Assembly: GCA_029261035.1 (NCBI GenBank)
Contig: JAJDCD010000012.1
Span: forward strand, 158,776-222,775
Reading direction: 5' to 3'
Length of the DNA: 64,000 bases
Origin: Candidatus Omnitrophota bacterium
GTDB lineage: Bacteria > Omnitrophota > Omnitrophia > Omnitrophales > JACROU01
Shown: piece by piece, positions 15,001 to 30,000 of the stretch
Position numbering within the stretch: position 1 is the stretch's first letter
Layout of the letters: every line of letters begins with the position of its first letter
Program-made: the position numbers and the translations under genes
Notes under the pieces: generated by a model
What the model saw: the letters and a program-made list of their open reading frames with translations, nothing else
Told to the model about the DNA's origin: nothing
Databases searched by the model: none

Positions 15001-18000
15001 CCATTATCTAGAAGAACCGATCTTAAAGCATTTTTTACATTACCTGGTATATTCTGCCAATTAGCTGCTCCAGAATGATCCAAATAGCTATCAATTAAAG
15101 CATTCATTTTATCTTTTCTATAACGATCTATATCAGAACCATCGTTAGACAATGCATCAAAAAGTTTCGTCAAATCCTCTGTTAAGTCAAAAGTCAAAAT
15201 AGTCTGCAAGCTAACTCCATTACTCACTAGCTGAGTGATAGAATCTGCCGTCATCGCTCCTTGATTTACTCTGGATATAAGCTCATTCAATACGTCTGCT
15301 AATACCATTTCCGGATGACGTCCCTGTGTATCCCCAGCCAAAATCAAAACACTCGAATCCATTCCTGCATCCGTAACAGCTTGGACTAAATTTTGAGTAT
15401 CTGGATTTGTTAATAACGAGTGCATCGTATCCAAAATAGAAGTACTGGTAATCGCATCTAAGGATGTATTTAGATTAACCAAATCAACAATTTTATTAAT
15501 AGTCTCTTTCCAACCTTCGACAGAGTAAATTCTTGGATAAGTCCCGACGATAGGAGTTACATTATTTTCCATTACTTGAATAAGCGTTGTAGGGTCTGCA
15601 GCTTCTTCAATAAGCTCTTGATATGCTGTTAACTGATCTTTATTTTGAATACCTCGAGTAACAACATAACCATATTGGTTATATTCCCCTAATAAAGTTG
15701 TCGAGTTCACTCCTGCTTTGTAGAGCGCTGCCATCGCTTGAAGAGCTATCCCTTTATCCGTCCCTTGAAAAGAGTTAAATCCATTAATCACATTGTTAAA
15801 TACTGTTTGGCGATTATTTCGATAAGTAGACTCATTAACTCCATCGAAATCATATTGAAGAGCACTGTTACTATCAACATACTGTGTTGGAACAACATAA
15901 CCATTTGAAAGCATCAACGTTTTTAACATATCTTTAGCATCCGACATTTCGTTTTTCCAGTTAGCACCCCCCACATGACTGATAAAACCATCGATTAAAG
16001 CACTCAAACTACTAGCTCTAGTCCCCTCAACAGCAGTGTAGTAACCGCTTCTTCCCAAAACATCCGCAAGTTGATTTATTTCTTCTTCAGTATCAAACAT
16101 AAGGATAGAAGTTAAACTTAAACCCATTTGAGTCATATGATTTATTAAACTGGCATCATACGCTCCACTCTGAATTCTTGTCTGAAGATCTGTAAGAACG
16201 TCTTTGGCTAACATTCCAGGGAAGTTTTCTTCCGATTCTTTTGCCATAGCAAGCACAGCAGGGCTTACATTAGAAGAACTGAGATTTGCCATCAAAGCCA
16301 GCGTCTCTGGGTCTTGAGTCATTACATTAAGTCTTTCTAAATCTTCAATACTCCTTGCCCCATTAACTGAAATTCCTGAGTTAATAATATTAACCGCATT
16401 TAAAACTAACCCTTTGTACACTTCTGCTTCCTCAAAGCCATTTGTAAAATTAATAAATCCCGCGATTCCACTGTTGATTGCAGCTACTCCTTGGGCAGAA
16501 TTACCACCTAGTTGATCCATTGCTTGTTTAAATCCATCTAAAATATTAATGCTATAAACACCATTATAAAGTAACGTTCCTTGTGCAATCCCACCTAACA
16601 TATAATCTCCACCTACTCCCTGCTCGTAGAGCGATGACAAAATATCAAGAGCTCTGCCTTGATTAGGAGAAGCAGAACTGATCACATCATTCATTCGATA
16701 AAACACCGATTGCCTATTTTTATAGTAATCATTTGTGTTGTACATATAAGGGCTGGTTTCTGTTCCATCACCTATAATTCCAAATTTCACTCTTTGCTCT
16801 GAAGTTAAAGCCCCCCAAGTTGTAGTATCCGTAATGTCCAAATAGTCATAATCCAGCAATGTCTCCATTAAAAAGGTTTTAACTCTGCCTTTTTCACTCT
16901 CCCAAGAAGCAGCCCCTTTATACTCAATAAATCCATTAATCATGTCGTTCATCATATCAACAACAATAGTGTTTGTTGTTACACCGTACCTTAAAATACC
17001 ATCAAAAATTTTTTCAAATTCAGCTTCTGAATCAAATAACATCAATGTTGTAATATCCAACCCAAATGCTGCCATGCGATTGATTGTGGTTACAGATAAA
17101 TTCCCTTGTTGAATTAAGTCCTGGATTAAATTCAAAGTTGATTCAGCTGTAAACTCGGGAAATCGCCCTTCTAACTCACTCGTAGCTCCTATAACACTTC
17201 CAGCAATTCCTTCAGCAGCCAGAGAGTCCACTAATGGTTTTGTGGCAGGATCCATAACTAAATCATATGTTTTACGAATAGATTCTAAAGTGGTGTTAAT
17301 AGGCACTGACAAATTGTTATTTTTAATAACAAGCGCTTTTTCCAATACTTCTTTCCAATCAGCAGAAGACATTACAGTGATATGTTCTACGGATTTTAAT
17401 TGGTTATTTACAATCTCTACCATTAATGTTCTGTCAGCCTCTGAAGCTTCTTCTAGCGCTTGGGCAAATCCGCTCATTTGATCTTTAGAATCCATTCCTG
17501 GCAATACCACATTTCCATAATACCCATATTCCCCTTGAATTCTCTTAGGGGTAACTCCAAAACCTGCCAAGGTCCCAGCACTCAACAAAACCTCTCCTTC
17601 ACTACCGCTAAATTTATTCATAAACGACTTAAAACTATTAAAAACTGTTTTGCGGTTATTGTAGTAAGTATAGGTATTTAAAGTAAGTCCTCCGCTGTAA
17701 TAATCCTCAGAAACACCTAGACGATAACGATCTTCTTCTGGAATCGCCTCTAAGTTTTGAGGATCGACATAATCCACCATGATAAGCAAGTTCATCAAGG
17801 CATCTTTTACTTTGGTTAACCCAGAGTCATCCAACGTCTCATAAGCATTCGAAACAATATTATTTAAATTTCCAACACGACTTGTATCAATTGAAACATC
17901 ATTACTTTTTAATACATCCATCAATTGTTGTAATTCAGAATCTGTATCAAATAGAAGAATCACTTTTAATTCAACTTGATTGGATACAAGCTGATCCAAT

Positions 18001-21000
18001 GTGTCCTTACTAAATTCCTGTGCATCTAATTTTGAAATCAATGAATTAATGGTATCTTGAAAGACAAAACTCGAATTCTCTGACTCGAGCGAAAGAGCCG
18101 CTGCAATCAAGGATCCTGAAATACCTGCGGCAGAAGCATCCAAAACAATTTGTCTCATCTGAGGGTCTAATAACAGTTCACCCATCCTCTTTAAAGAATC
18201 CACATCTGTAATTCCTTCTGTTGAAAACCCTAAATTTGAATCATTAACAATGGTATCCGTTAACGTTCCATTTGAGTCATAAACATAATCCTTAAGAGTA
18301 ATTTTCCCATCAATAATAGCAACCTCACTAACCAAACGATCATTAACATCGTAAGATTGACTGCTGCCATCATCTCCAAAAGCTTGCCTTGATCCATCTG
18401 GGTTTTGAATTGCAGTCACCTCTCCTTTAGAATTAATTTGTTGAATCGTAACTTGATTATCAACACTCGTTAATCTAACTTCTGAAAGTTTATTTTCTAC
18501 GTCATAACTATACTCTTCCATAGATCCGTCTAAAAATTCGATTTTTGTAACATTTCCACTAACATCATAAGTCTGTTGTGATCCATCTTCTAAATTAACC
18601 GTTGTACTTGTATCTTGAACGTCAAAAGACTGTTGAGACACATTTCCATCTTTGTCTGTTTTTTGGATTGAGGATATATTTCCAGATACATCATAAATAT
18701 AGTTCTGAGAGGAGCCATCAGATAAATTAATACTTAATAATTTGCCTGAAGCATCATAAACTTCTGTGGAACCATTAGGAAGACTTACAGTAAGAGTATT
18801 AGTGTCTGGATCAATTGCCTGTGTTGTAGTTTGATAGTTATTATCAGTAATCTCTACTTCTATAAGGTTGTTATCTGTATCATATTTAAACTGTCGAGAA
18901 CTTCCATCTACATTATCAATACGAGTTATATTTTCGTTATAGTAGTAATGAATACGTCCATCTGGAAAATCAATACGATTTAATGTGCCATCATACCCAA
19001 ATGATTGCGTTGTTTTCTCCCCATTAACCGCCGTAAGAGATATCTCTCGAAGAGTTGCTCCCCAATAAGAATAGTCAATAACTGTCCCGTCAACCTGAGT
19101 CACTTTTGCCAATTGACCTAATTCGTTATAATCGTGAACAGCTCCATCTGGCAAAACAGATTGCTGAATATTGCCATTCTCCGCCATTGTATGCACCGTC
19201 AAAGCATCATTAGAATCCCTAGCTTCAATCGTAATTAAATTATTGTTTTCGTCATATAAGTAAGTATGATTTGATCCATCAGGGTAAACGACAGAAGAAA
19301 CTAAATTATCGTCATTAAAGTAAGATACAATGCCATCAGAAGATGTTTCTGAAATAATTTTTCCTTCAGGACTTATCGCTTGAATTACTTCGGTTCCGTC
19401 TTCATCAATCAACTTTATAGATGACAACACTTCATTTGAGTACCCCAACTCTTTTGAACTACCATCCGTGTGCTCAATTCGGTATAACCGCCCCTCAGAG
19501 TTAAAGTACTTCATGTCTCCATTAGGCTCTTCAATAGAGACAACCTTTCTATTCTGATCTAAAGTTTGAGTGGTAACCTTCCCTTCACCATCCGTTATTT
19601 CAATTGTTTGCAACAATCCTAAAATACTGTAGGAATACTCTTGCTGGGTCCCATCCCCATTAACAACTAATTGAATTCTTCCAGACAAGTCATAAGTTTG
19701 TTCTGTTCCATCTTCCAATTGAACCACAAAACTATTGCCATCATCTCCAACAACTCTTTCCGTAACAGTTCCACCAGCTTCTGTAACCACAATTTTTGAT
19801 AAAACAGAATTTTCATCATATTGGTAGTCAACTCGATTTCCATTCGCTTTATTCACAGATTGTATTTGCTGGTTCTCTCCAAAAAACTGAACGCTACCAT
19901 CAGGTAACTCTACCGTTGAAATCAATCCTCTTGGGTCATAATTCTGAACTGTTTCATTACCCACAGCATCTGTTAGTTTTATTTTTTGCAACAACCCTTT
20001 ATCCGAATAAGAATAATTTTTACGGGTCCCATCCACAAACTCTATCTTCTCAAGATTCTTACTTTGGTTATAAAACTCTTTGGAGCCGTCTGGATTATCT
20101 ACAACAACCAAGAAACCCTCTACATTAAATCTCTGTATGGTTACATCGCCATCTAAGTTTCTCTCTGTAACCATGTCTAATTTACCTAAATCATCATAAA
20201 GGTAATTCACCTCTTCCCCTGAGACTTTGACTTCTCTCTCTAATTTTCCCAATGCATTATAAGTTTTTTCATCTCCTGCTATAGTCGTTTCACTCAAGAT
20301 ACGGTCGTTTTGATTGGAATCAAAAACCATCACTTTTCCATTGGACCGTGTCACTGTAATAACACCTTGATCTATAGCTAACGTGGCAAGGTTCTCATCC
20401 GTGTCTGCAGAAAAATATTTCTGATAGAAATTAATTACATTTGCATGAGCTTTTGCTTCTTCTACAGAAAAACTTGTCTTTGCCCCACTACTGATATCAG
20501 ACAATTGACCTCTAATTTCTCCATAGTTAAGAGATACATCCGCCCCATCAGTATCTTTTACAGTTTGTAGCAATGTGCTATTTCTATCTAAAAAGCTTTG
20601 GTAAGCCGCAAATTCTTCAGGGCTTTCAGTCATTAGATTGGCCATAAAAGCAACATTAAGTTCTTCTGAATTTATTTTCAGCCCAAAACCAGTTGAGCTA
20701 CCAGCTTCAGAAACAGCCTTAAAGGTTTTTCTATTAGAAAGATCTGATAGGTTTACATTCAACGCTGCTGAAACATCATTTAAATTTGCAACAACACTTT
20801 TTGCCTGTTGAATTTGCTCTTCTGTTGCATTTACATCGAAAATAACATCATCTTTTAAACTAACTGCTGATTGAATTAAGGCATTAATACTATCTATGTT
20901 TTGATTCGCTATATACAAATCACCTTCCGTCAAAGCCTCAATAGAAGATGTCCTCAATACATTGATTTGACCTGTAATTTCTGTAAGAATATTTAGTGAT

Positions 21001-24000
21001 ACATCTGAGGTCACTTCTCTACTCAAATTATTTACTCCATCTTCCAAAGAAGCTACAATGCCATTAATTGCATTTTTAATCGTTGCAGCATCCCCTAAGT
21101 CCTCTTGAGTTCCCCCTAAGGATTCCAATCCTAAAATCGCTAGATCCAACCCCTCTTGAATAGATTGAATTCGCTCCAAACTAATTGAGGCTCTTAAGCC
21201 ATCTTGGTCCTGAATTTGTTGGGTCAAATCACTAGCAATAGCAACTGCTCTATCATTCAAACTTTGAACAACTTCATTCAATTGCTCTAAAGAAGCAAAA
21301 GAGGAAACCCGAACAGCCTGCATCAAACTTTCATTATCCGCTAATTGAGTTTGTAATGACAAAACGAGATTCTCAGCTTCTTGAATTTGCTCAGCTGTAG
21401 AAAGCCCACTTTTCCTCATACGTTCCAGCGCATTAACAGCACTGTCATTAAGTATCTGAAGATTTTGCAACGCAGCTTTTGATTGATTAAAATCGTTTTG
21501 CTCTATTGCCCCACCTAGTGCAAGCTGTATATCTGCTGGAGAAATAGTACTCTGATAAGACTTCATAACACTACCATCAGCTCTTTTATCATAAGACATT
21601 CTATTCGCCTGTATTTCACCTGTTAAAGCAGAAATAGTCGCCGAAAGAGTCACGTCATTATCTTCATTGAATTGGGTAAGCAAAACAGTCCCGTTCTTAT
21701 TTACTTCAGTAATCTGTTCTGTTTGATTATTAGACCTTTTTACATAAGAGTAAGTACTAACACCACCAAAAGGATCTCTTTTTTCAATCATGTCTCCTTC
21801 TTTGTTAAACTTTTTAATGGTTCTTCGATCATTGGAGTCCGTTTCAATTAATTGGGTTAACACTCCATCTTCACGCGTATATTCCATCTTAATTCTTTTT
21901 TCATACGAACCATCTGCTGGTGTTGAAATTGTTTCTGTCATATCTCCATTAGAGGCATAAATCCGTGTGGTCTTATTTCCAGTTAAATCATCTGTTTCAA
22001 TAACCTTTTCCATCGTTCCTTCAGCATTTCTAATCGTTTCGGATGTTGTGGAAGAAATAATCACGCCGGATGAATTTTTTACTACATTTTTAGTAACATC
22101 TCCAGACGTAAGGTCCATGGTGCTGACAGTGTTATTACCCTGATCATCATCTGTGATTCTTGATAAAATATTTCCCAAACTATCTTTGTTATAACTCATA
22201 TTGGCCACAACATTGGTTTTACTATAAGGGTTATATGTTTCAATACGAATTAAGTCATTTTCTTTTGGATCAAAAACTTGTGTTTTAATGAAGCTTTTAG
22301 GATCAACTTCTATAATGTGTGTTGTATTTCCAACGGAGTCTAAAACATAAGAGTATTCTGTAATACCTCCAAATTCATCAATTTTCTTCTTAATTTGACC
22401 GGTAATGACGTCCATTTCTTTAGATACCAATAAACCTCGACCATCCTTCTCAGTAATAAACTTAACATTACCCACACCATCTCTTAAGTATTGAAAATCT
22501 GTCTTTCCTCCTAATGGATTGGTAAGAGAGATTAAATCTCTCAACAAATTAAATTCTTTTCTTGTTACAAGACCATTCGGATCTGTTTCAATAGTTTTGC
22601 TAATATTTCCTTTTCCATCTTTCTCGTGAATCATGCTGGTCAAACCACCAAACTTGTTACTAAAACCAGTCACATCTCCATGAATGTTAAAAGATTGAGA
22701 AGTTTCATTACCATTTTTATCGGTGGAAATCTGTTTGCTTAGATTTCCTTTTCCATCTTTTTCATTTGTGATATTGGTAACACCTCCATATTGATCAATC
22801 AAAGCAGTTGTGTCTCCATGGACATTCGTTTTTCTGTGAGTTTTGTTTCCATTTTTATCAATCGTGCTTGTAACCAAGACATTACCTTTTGCATCCTTAG
22901 TGTAATCTAAGACACTCACACCTCCGAAATTATCTACCTGAGTAATCAAGTCTCCACTGGTATTATAGTGTTCTTCTGTTTTTTCATTATTACGATCAAA
23001 ACGTGTGATCTTCTTATTGTTTCCTTTCCCGTCTTTTTCATACAACATTCTACTCGTCGATTCCCATCCTTCTTCCAAATTTTTAAAGGTTTGAGACAGA
23101 ACATCCCCATATTTGCTCATTTCTTTTTCTGTCACATTATTATTCTTATCTGTTTCAATTGTTTTCTCAATATTACCTTTATCATCCTTTTGGTATTCGA
23201 ATAAAGTGGTAGCAGACCATCCTTGCTCTACATTCTGAACAGTCAAACTTTGAATATCACCATATTTACTTTGTGCTTTCTGAGTAATATTTCCATTCTT
23301 ATCTGTTTCTGTAACTAAATTTACATTTCCTTTATCATCTTTACCATACACAAACTCCGTGGAAGCTTCCCAACCTTGATCTTTGTTTTTAAAGGTAAGT
23401 CGAATCAAATCTCCATGGATGTTATTTTGTTTAATAGTTTCATTTCCATTTTTATCTGTTTCTGTAATTTTTACAAGATTACCAACACCATCTCTTTCAT
23501 AAACAAATTCTGTCGTCGCCTCCCAACCTTCTTCATTGTTTTTAAAGGTAGAGCTCGTAATATCTCCAGCTACATTAAAGTCCTTAATTGTTTGGTTTCC
23601 ATTCTTGTCCGTCTCTGTTGTTTTAGTGATATTTCCAATTTCATCTCGTTCATAGCTTGTCGTTGTAATCGCTTCCCAACCTTCTGAGAGGTTTTTAAAA
23701 GTAACCTTAACAACATCACCAGCGTCATCAAACTCTTTAATGGTTTTATCCCCATTCTTATCTGTCTCTGTAGTTTTAGAAACATTTCCTAGCTCATCAT
23801 GTTCATATTCATAAGTTGTTGTATCTTCCCAACCTTGGTCTATATTTTGAATTGTTAATTCGACAAGTTCTTGTCTGCCGTTAAATTTTTCTGTTTTAAT
23901 ATTTCCATTTTTGTCTGTTTCTCTACGTTCTATCATATTTCTATTTTCATCAAACTCATATTCAAAGGTTGATTTCGCTTCCCAACCTTCAACACTTCTA

Positions 24001-27000
24001 AAAACTCTTTCCGTAATATTATTGTTAATATCAAATTTTTCTATAGTTGTATTTCCATTAGGATCCACCTTAGTCGATTTTAAAATTTGAGAAGTTACAG
24101 GATCTCTATCATAAGAAATATTTGTTTCCTGAGTCCATCCTTGCGCACTTTGAACAACAATTTTTATTGGATCCCCAAAGATATCCAATGTTTTTTCTGT
24201 TATATTTCCATTTTTATCTGTCGCAATCGATTTCGTAATTCTTCCATTATCTCTTTCATAAGCAAAAGTAGTTTCTCCACCAAATCGGTCCACTATGGAT
24301 TTAACATCTCCAAAAGCATCCAAAGTCCTAATTTCTTGAATATCCGCTGTGCCTGGATTGACAGCAATTACAAAACCATCTGCATCTTGCTCTAGAACAT
24401 ACCCTTCAGCATTTGCTTCCGTTCGGGTCACAATCGTTTCTAGTAACTTACTATCATCATCTTTGACTGTTTCATTAATAGTTAAAGACCCATCCGAAGA
24501 TAAAATAGCTACATTTTCACCCGCGCTATTGTAAAGAAACGTATTTGTTCTATATGCAGTTGGGGTTCCATCTTCGGCAAACAAAATAGGCTCTTCTGTT
24601 GTATCAATAACACTGACTTGATTTCCATCCACGTTAATTTGCTTATATCTAGTGCGAGTAGTCTCTTCTGTTCCTACAACCTGAAGCACCGACTCTCCGG
24701 AAGAGGTGTCATAGATATAAGGGGTGACTTTCCCCGTAGGATCAATTGTTCTATCAATCAAATCTTGTCCAAACTGATCTCTACGATAGTAGTTGATGGT
24801 TCCGTCATCATCTTCAACTCGGTCTAATATGCCAGTATTCTCATCGTAAAAATAGGTGCTTTTTTTATCTAGAGAGCCATCTCCGTTGTAAAAAGAGATC
24901 TCTGAGACTCTTTCACTTCCAGGATCCCCTTCATAGGTAGATACACTGGAACGCCCGTCCTCTGTTTGAGTCACTGTCGTCAAAGCTCCATTAGCAGCAT
25001 AAGTATAATCCGATGTTGAAGAGACATCTGGGTCTGTGTCTGCATCATCACCATCTTCTTCATAAGTTACAACCTGAGACATTCTTTCTCTTCCCCTTTC
25101 AGTCCCTTCGTATTTAACCGTAGAAAGAAGAACATCTGTATCTTCTTTAAATTGATTTACTTGTTTAAGCGCCTCATTTTCATCATATTCAAAGGTACTT
25201 CGAGACAACACTTTGCCTGGTTGGGAAATATCGTATTCCGTAGTTTCAACAACTCGCTCTCTTCCAGGCTCTCCTTCGTAAGTTGAAGCTGATTTTATTG
25301 CAGCGCTGTCACTGTCCTGAAGTCTAATTTGAGTTTCGCTAATAGCTCCACCGTCTCCATAAATATAATCTTGTCGAGATGCCAAAGCATAAGCACCGTC
25401 TTCTTTTTTGAAATAATTAAGAGCACGGTAGATACGCTCTTGACCCTGTTCACCTTCCATCAAGTTTATAGCAATAGGATGTTCATTAAGGTCGTCCTTA
25501 TCTCTAATCTCTGTTTTAAGCAGCTTGCCATTAGAGTCATATACAAATTTTTGATGTGTAGAAAAACTAGATTGGTTTGTTTGGGGGTCAATACCGAAAG
25601 TAATCATTTCGGTTGTTAATTCCTCACCACGATCTCCTTCAAGTCGAGCTTCTTGAATAATGGGAGCCGTAGGATCTTCACTATTTCTATATTGAATTTT
25701 CTTAATACGATCCTTGTCGTCATGTTCCATATGCTGCCAAAGACTGAGCTCTGCCTCACCCGCTTCATTAATACGGTAATTTAATACATCGGAAGCAATT
25801 TCACTTCCTGCAGCACCTTTAAACTTCGTTTTTTGCAAGACAGGATCTGTTTCATTAGGACCTGATCTTCTACTGATTTCTTGAAGAGCTCCCGTTACGT
25901 CATAAGCGTAATCCGTACGGTTATCAGGAACAGACAAGGTAGGATCATTTTCATCTACTCTATATTCAATATTATACAAAGTTCGCTCTTTACCAGGCTC
26001 ATCTCCCTCGTAAAAACTTTCAAACAAAATAGCTCCATCTAAGTCTCCAGAATTTCTTCGCACGATTTTCTTCAACACACCTTGATCATAAAAGAAGTCT
26101 GTTCTGCCTGTAGCAATTCCAGCATCATCATATTGGACTGTATAGTCAATCAAAGTGGTTCCTGGCAAGTACTGAATATCAGAAACAAGAACATCATCCA
26201 CTAAATTGTCCAACGCATCCACTTCATTATTAACTCTATATTGTTTTAAGCCCGTATTATCGCCATCTTCATTGTATTCATAAACACTCATACTGCCTGG
26301 CTTAGTCTCCGAAGCTCCAGGGCTGTCTAAATCAACTTCATAATTAATAACAGCTTTAATGCGTTCATCTCTAAATAAACCTTTTTCATAAATTGCTTCA
26401 CTGACAATATTACGAAGAGCATTCGTTGTGACCGTTTTTAGAATATAACCCGCAGCATCATATTCATAAGTCGTTTTATTTCCAACACCATCTTGGGTGT
26501 AATCAATGACTGGCACATTAAAGTTATCCAATTTTTTATAATAAAGTGTATTCTGAAAAGCTCCTGTTCCTTTTTGCACTGCGTCTGCAGCATTCTCAAC
26601 ATCACTGACATCAAAATTCTGTATCCCGGTCATTTCCCCATCTTCATTATAAAGATACTCACTTCTAGATATAATCTCCTGTCCGATTTCATCATAACTG
26701 ACTGAAGTATCTACCTGACCTTCTTCATTAAAAAAGCTCTCACTAATCTTAGTGTTATCTTCTAAGCTTTTTTCTCTAACTGTTTTCAAAACCTTATCTG
26801 GACTCTCTGGATCATAAACACTTCTATTGACACTACCTGTTCTAGAGACGACATAATCCACCTTAGCATTACCTTCACCGTCCGTTACCACATTACCTTC
26901 TGCGTCTTTCAAATAAACTGTTTTTTCAATAACACGAATAGGACCATCTGTGGAATTTGTCTGCTTACTAATCGCTTCTAACTCTCCCTGATCATTGTAT

Positions 27001-30000
27001 AGATAAACATCCACCTCTCCTCTGAGGTTGGTTATTTTATCGATCACATCTTCATCTGTTACAGGATTCTTCTTATAATTTATTTTTCTTCCATCATTAA
27101 GAAAAATAAGTGTATTTCCATCTTCATCTTCTTGAACAGACTGAATAACTGCATGAGAATTAGTAAAAAAGTCTAAAGCACCATCTTTTTTATAATAACT
27201 AATAGTTCCATTATGAAACACATCCCGACTCATTCCATCAATAATTTGTGAATTTGTATTTTGAGGCGTATAGTCTACTTGGGTAAAATCAATAATAGCG
27301 TTTGTTTCTGGGTCTCTAACTAAATCAAAAGTCTGTATCACATCTCCATTCTTATCTATAATTTGCTTAATATACCCATCTTCGTAGAGAGATTTTTCTC
27401 CATTCTTATTCGTAAATTCAACCAACTCTTCATTTTCATTAAATACACTTAACTCCCCATCAGCGAGAACTTCATTACGAATTAACTGATCATTACTATC
27501 TAATGTTTGAGTACTAACAACACCTGTTTGTGGGTTTTCAGATGTAACAATAGTTTTAGCATCATCCCCTTCACCTTCATATTGATAGGATGTTATTTGC
27601 TGTATGTCATCTGGAAGATCCCCAATTCGAGTTGTTATTTTGCTGGCTCTATTTTCAGAGTCATATTCATAGTCTTGAATTGTCCCATCAGGGGATATGA
27701 CTTGTTGAACATCTTCATTTTCATTAAATAACTGCCGTGTTCCATCAGGAGTAACAACCTCGGAAATTTTTCCTTCAGAGTCAAACTTTTGCGCTGTGAC
27801 ATCCCCTTCTGGATCCGTAACATTAATTTGAGATAATTGATCTGCTTGATTATAAACAAAGTCTTGAGTCGTTCCATCCGGTTGTACCACTTGAGAAACA
27901 TCTCCATTAGAGTTAAATGACTGGATAGTTCCATCTGCAAGTTCAACAGAAGAAACTTCACCATTTGCACCCATATTCTGGATTGTAAGTTCCCCCTGCG
28001 AATTTGTGATTCTAATTTGCGTTAATTCTTGAGCTTCGTCATAGACAAATATCTGCGTTGATCCATCCGTCTGATCAACTTGCGAAACATCTCCATTCGC
28101 ATTAAAAAATTGCTTTGTTCCATCATCAAGTTCAACAGATGAAATCTCTCCATTCTCGCCCATATTTTGAATAGTGATATTGCCGCTAGGATCTGTCACT
28201 TGTATCTGAATTAGCTTTTCCTCATCACTATAAATAAAATCTTGAATCGTTCCGTCATTTTGCTCTACACGTGAAATGTCACTATTTTCATTAAAAAATT
28301 GCTTTGTTCCATCGGCAAGCTCTATAGAAGATACCTCTCCATTCTCATTCATATTTTGAATCGTTAGTATATTATTTTCATCTGTAATTCTGATTTGGGT
28401 TAAAACACTTTCTTGATAAATATATTCTTGCTTACTGGTATCTGGATTTTCAACCCTACTTATTGCTCCATCTTCGTTAAATGTTTGCTTCGTACCATCA
28501 GGCAATTCTACCGTTTGAACTTCTCCTGCTTCGCTCATTCTTTGCAATGTTTCATTGCCATCAGCATCAATCAATTTAATTGCAGCCAAAATAGCGTTTT
28601 CATCATAGATATACTCTTGCGATGATCCATCTAGATTATCAACACCTGTTACTTTACCTTCAAAATCAAAATATTGCTTTGTTCCATCAGGCAGTTCAAT
28701 CGAAACAACATCTCCATTTGAATTCATTTCCTGCTTTGTTGTTTCACCTTCTGGGGTCGTAATATTCACAAAAGTCAAAACACCTAAGTCATTGTAAATG
28801 TAATCTTGGATAGTTCCATCTGTCTGTTCAACACGACTTACATTCCCATTAGCATTAAAAAACTGTTTTGTTCCATCAGCCAGTTCAACAGATGTTGCAT
28901 TTCCATCCACATCTACGTTTTGATAAGTAATCTGATTATCTGGGCTCGTTATTTTAATTTGAGATAAATTACCTTCATCATCATAATCATATTCCTGTTT
29001 TGTTCCATCGGCTGTTTGAACAAATAAAGTCTGATCTGCATCAACTCCTTCACCCCCCAATTCTCCATCAGCACCCAAATCCAATGTTTGAACTTGCTCT
29101 AAAATACCCGAAGCATCTCCATAGTCATCCCCATAATAAGAAGAGAAATAAGCTTTAAATCGATTGAAGTACTGCGAAACAGCTTGCTTCATTCCCTCAG
29201 AAATATTAACAGGGTTCCCTTGTTGTAAATCAGAGCGAATCACATTAATTTGATCCGCAACATCTTGATAACTCACTTCAGCTCCATCAACAACAACACC
29301 TCCAATATGTCGATAAGCAGGATTTGTCAAAAAAGCCTCATAATTATCAAACTCTGTCGTGCCTAGGTTATTTTGAAAAAATGTTTGATTAATATCATCA
29401 GGAGAAACCCCAACGATCGCAGGGCCTGCCCCTTCTTCTAAACTCGCTCTCAAAGCCACTTCTTCTGCAGAGTCTTCTGGGACAGCGATCCCCATAAAGT
29501 TACGATAACGCTTAATATATTCGTCATGAGCTTGAATCATCACTTCGGAAGGAACCTGATTAAATGCCGCTTGATTTCCATCCGTAACCATTAAGTCAAA
29601 ATGCTCTCCTACCTGTCTGTAAGTAATAGTATGAGGATTACCCTGAGCATCAGAAAACGTAGCATTAATATCTGCAAATTGACCTTTAAGAAAATCAACA
29701 TAGTTATCTGCTTCACCATTATTTGCTCTAAAAGAAGCTAATAAGCGATTCACTGCTTCATCATTGGAAGCTGGGGCAACATACCCATCTGGAAGCTCAA
29801 CATCTCCAACAGGAGCTCCTACAACCTGATCATTTAAAGTTGGATCTATCAATGTTTCAGTACCATTTGGATTAATAATTTTTATAGTTCCATCCGCTTG
29901 AAGTTCAATCTCTGGGTAAGAAACAATAGCCGTTGGAGCGCTAAAGACGCGAATGGTAGCTTTATTCGCCGAGGCTACTCCATCCTGATCATAGCCATAA

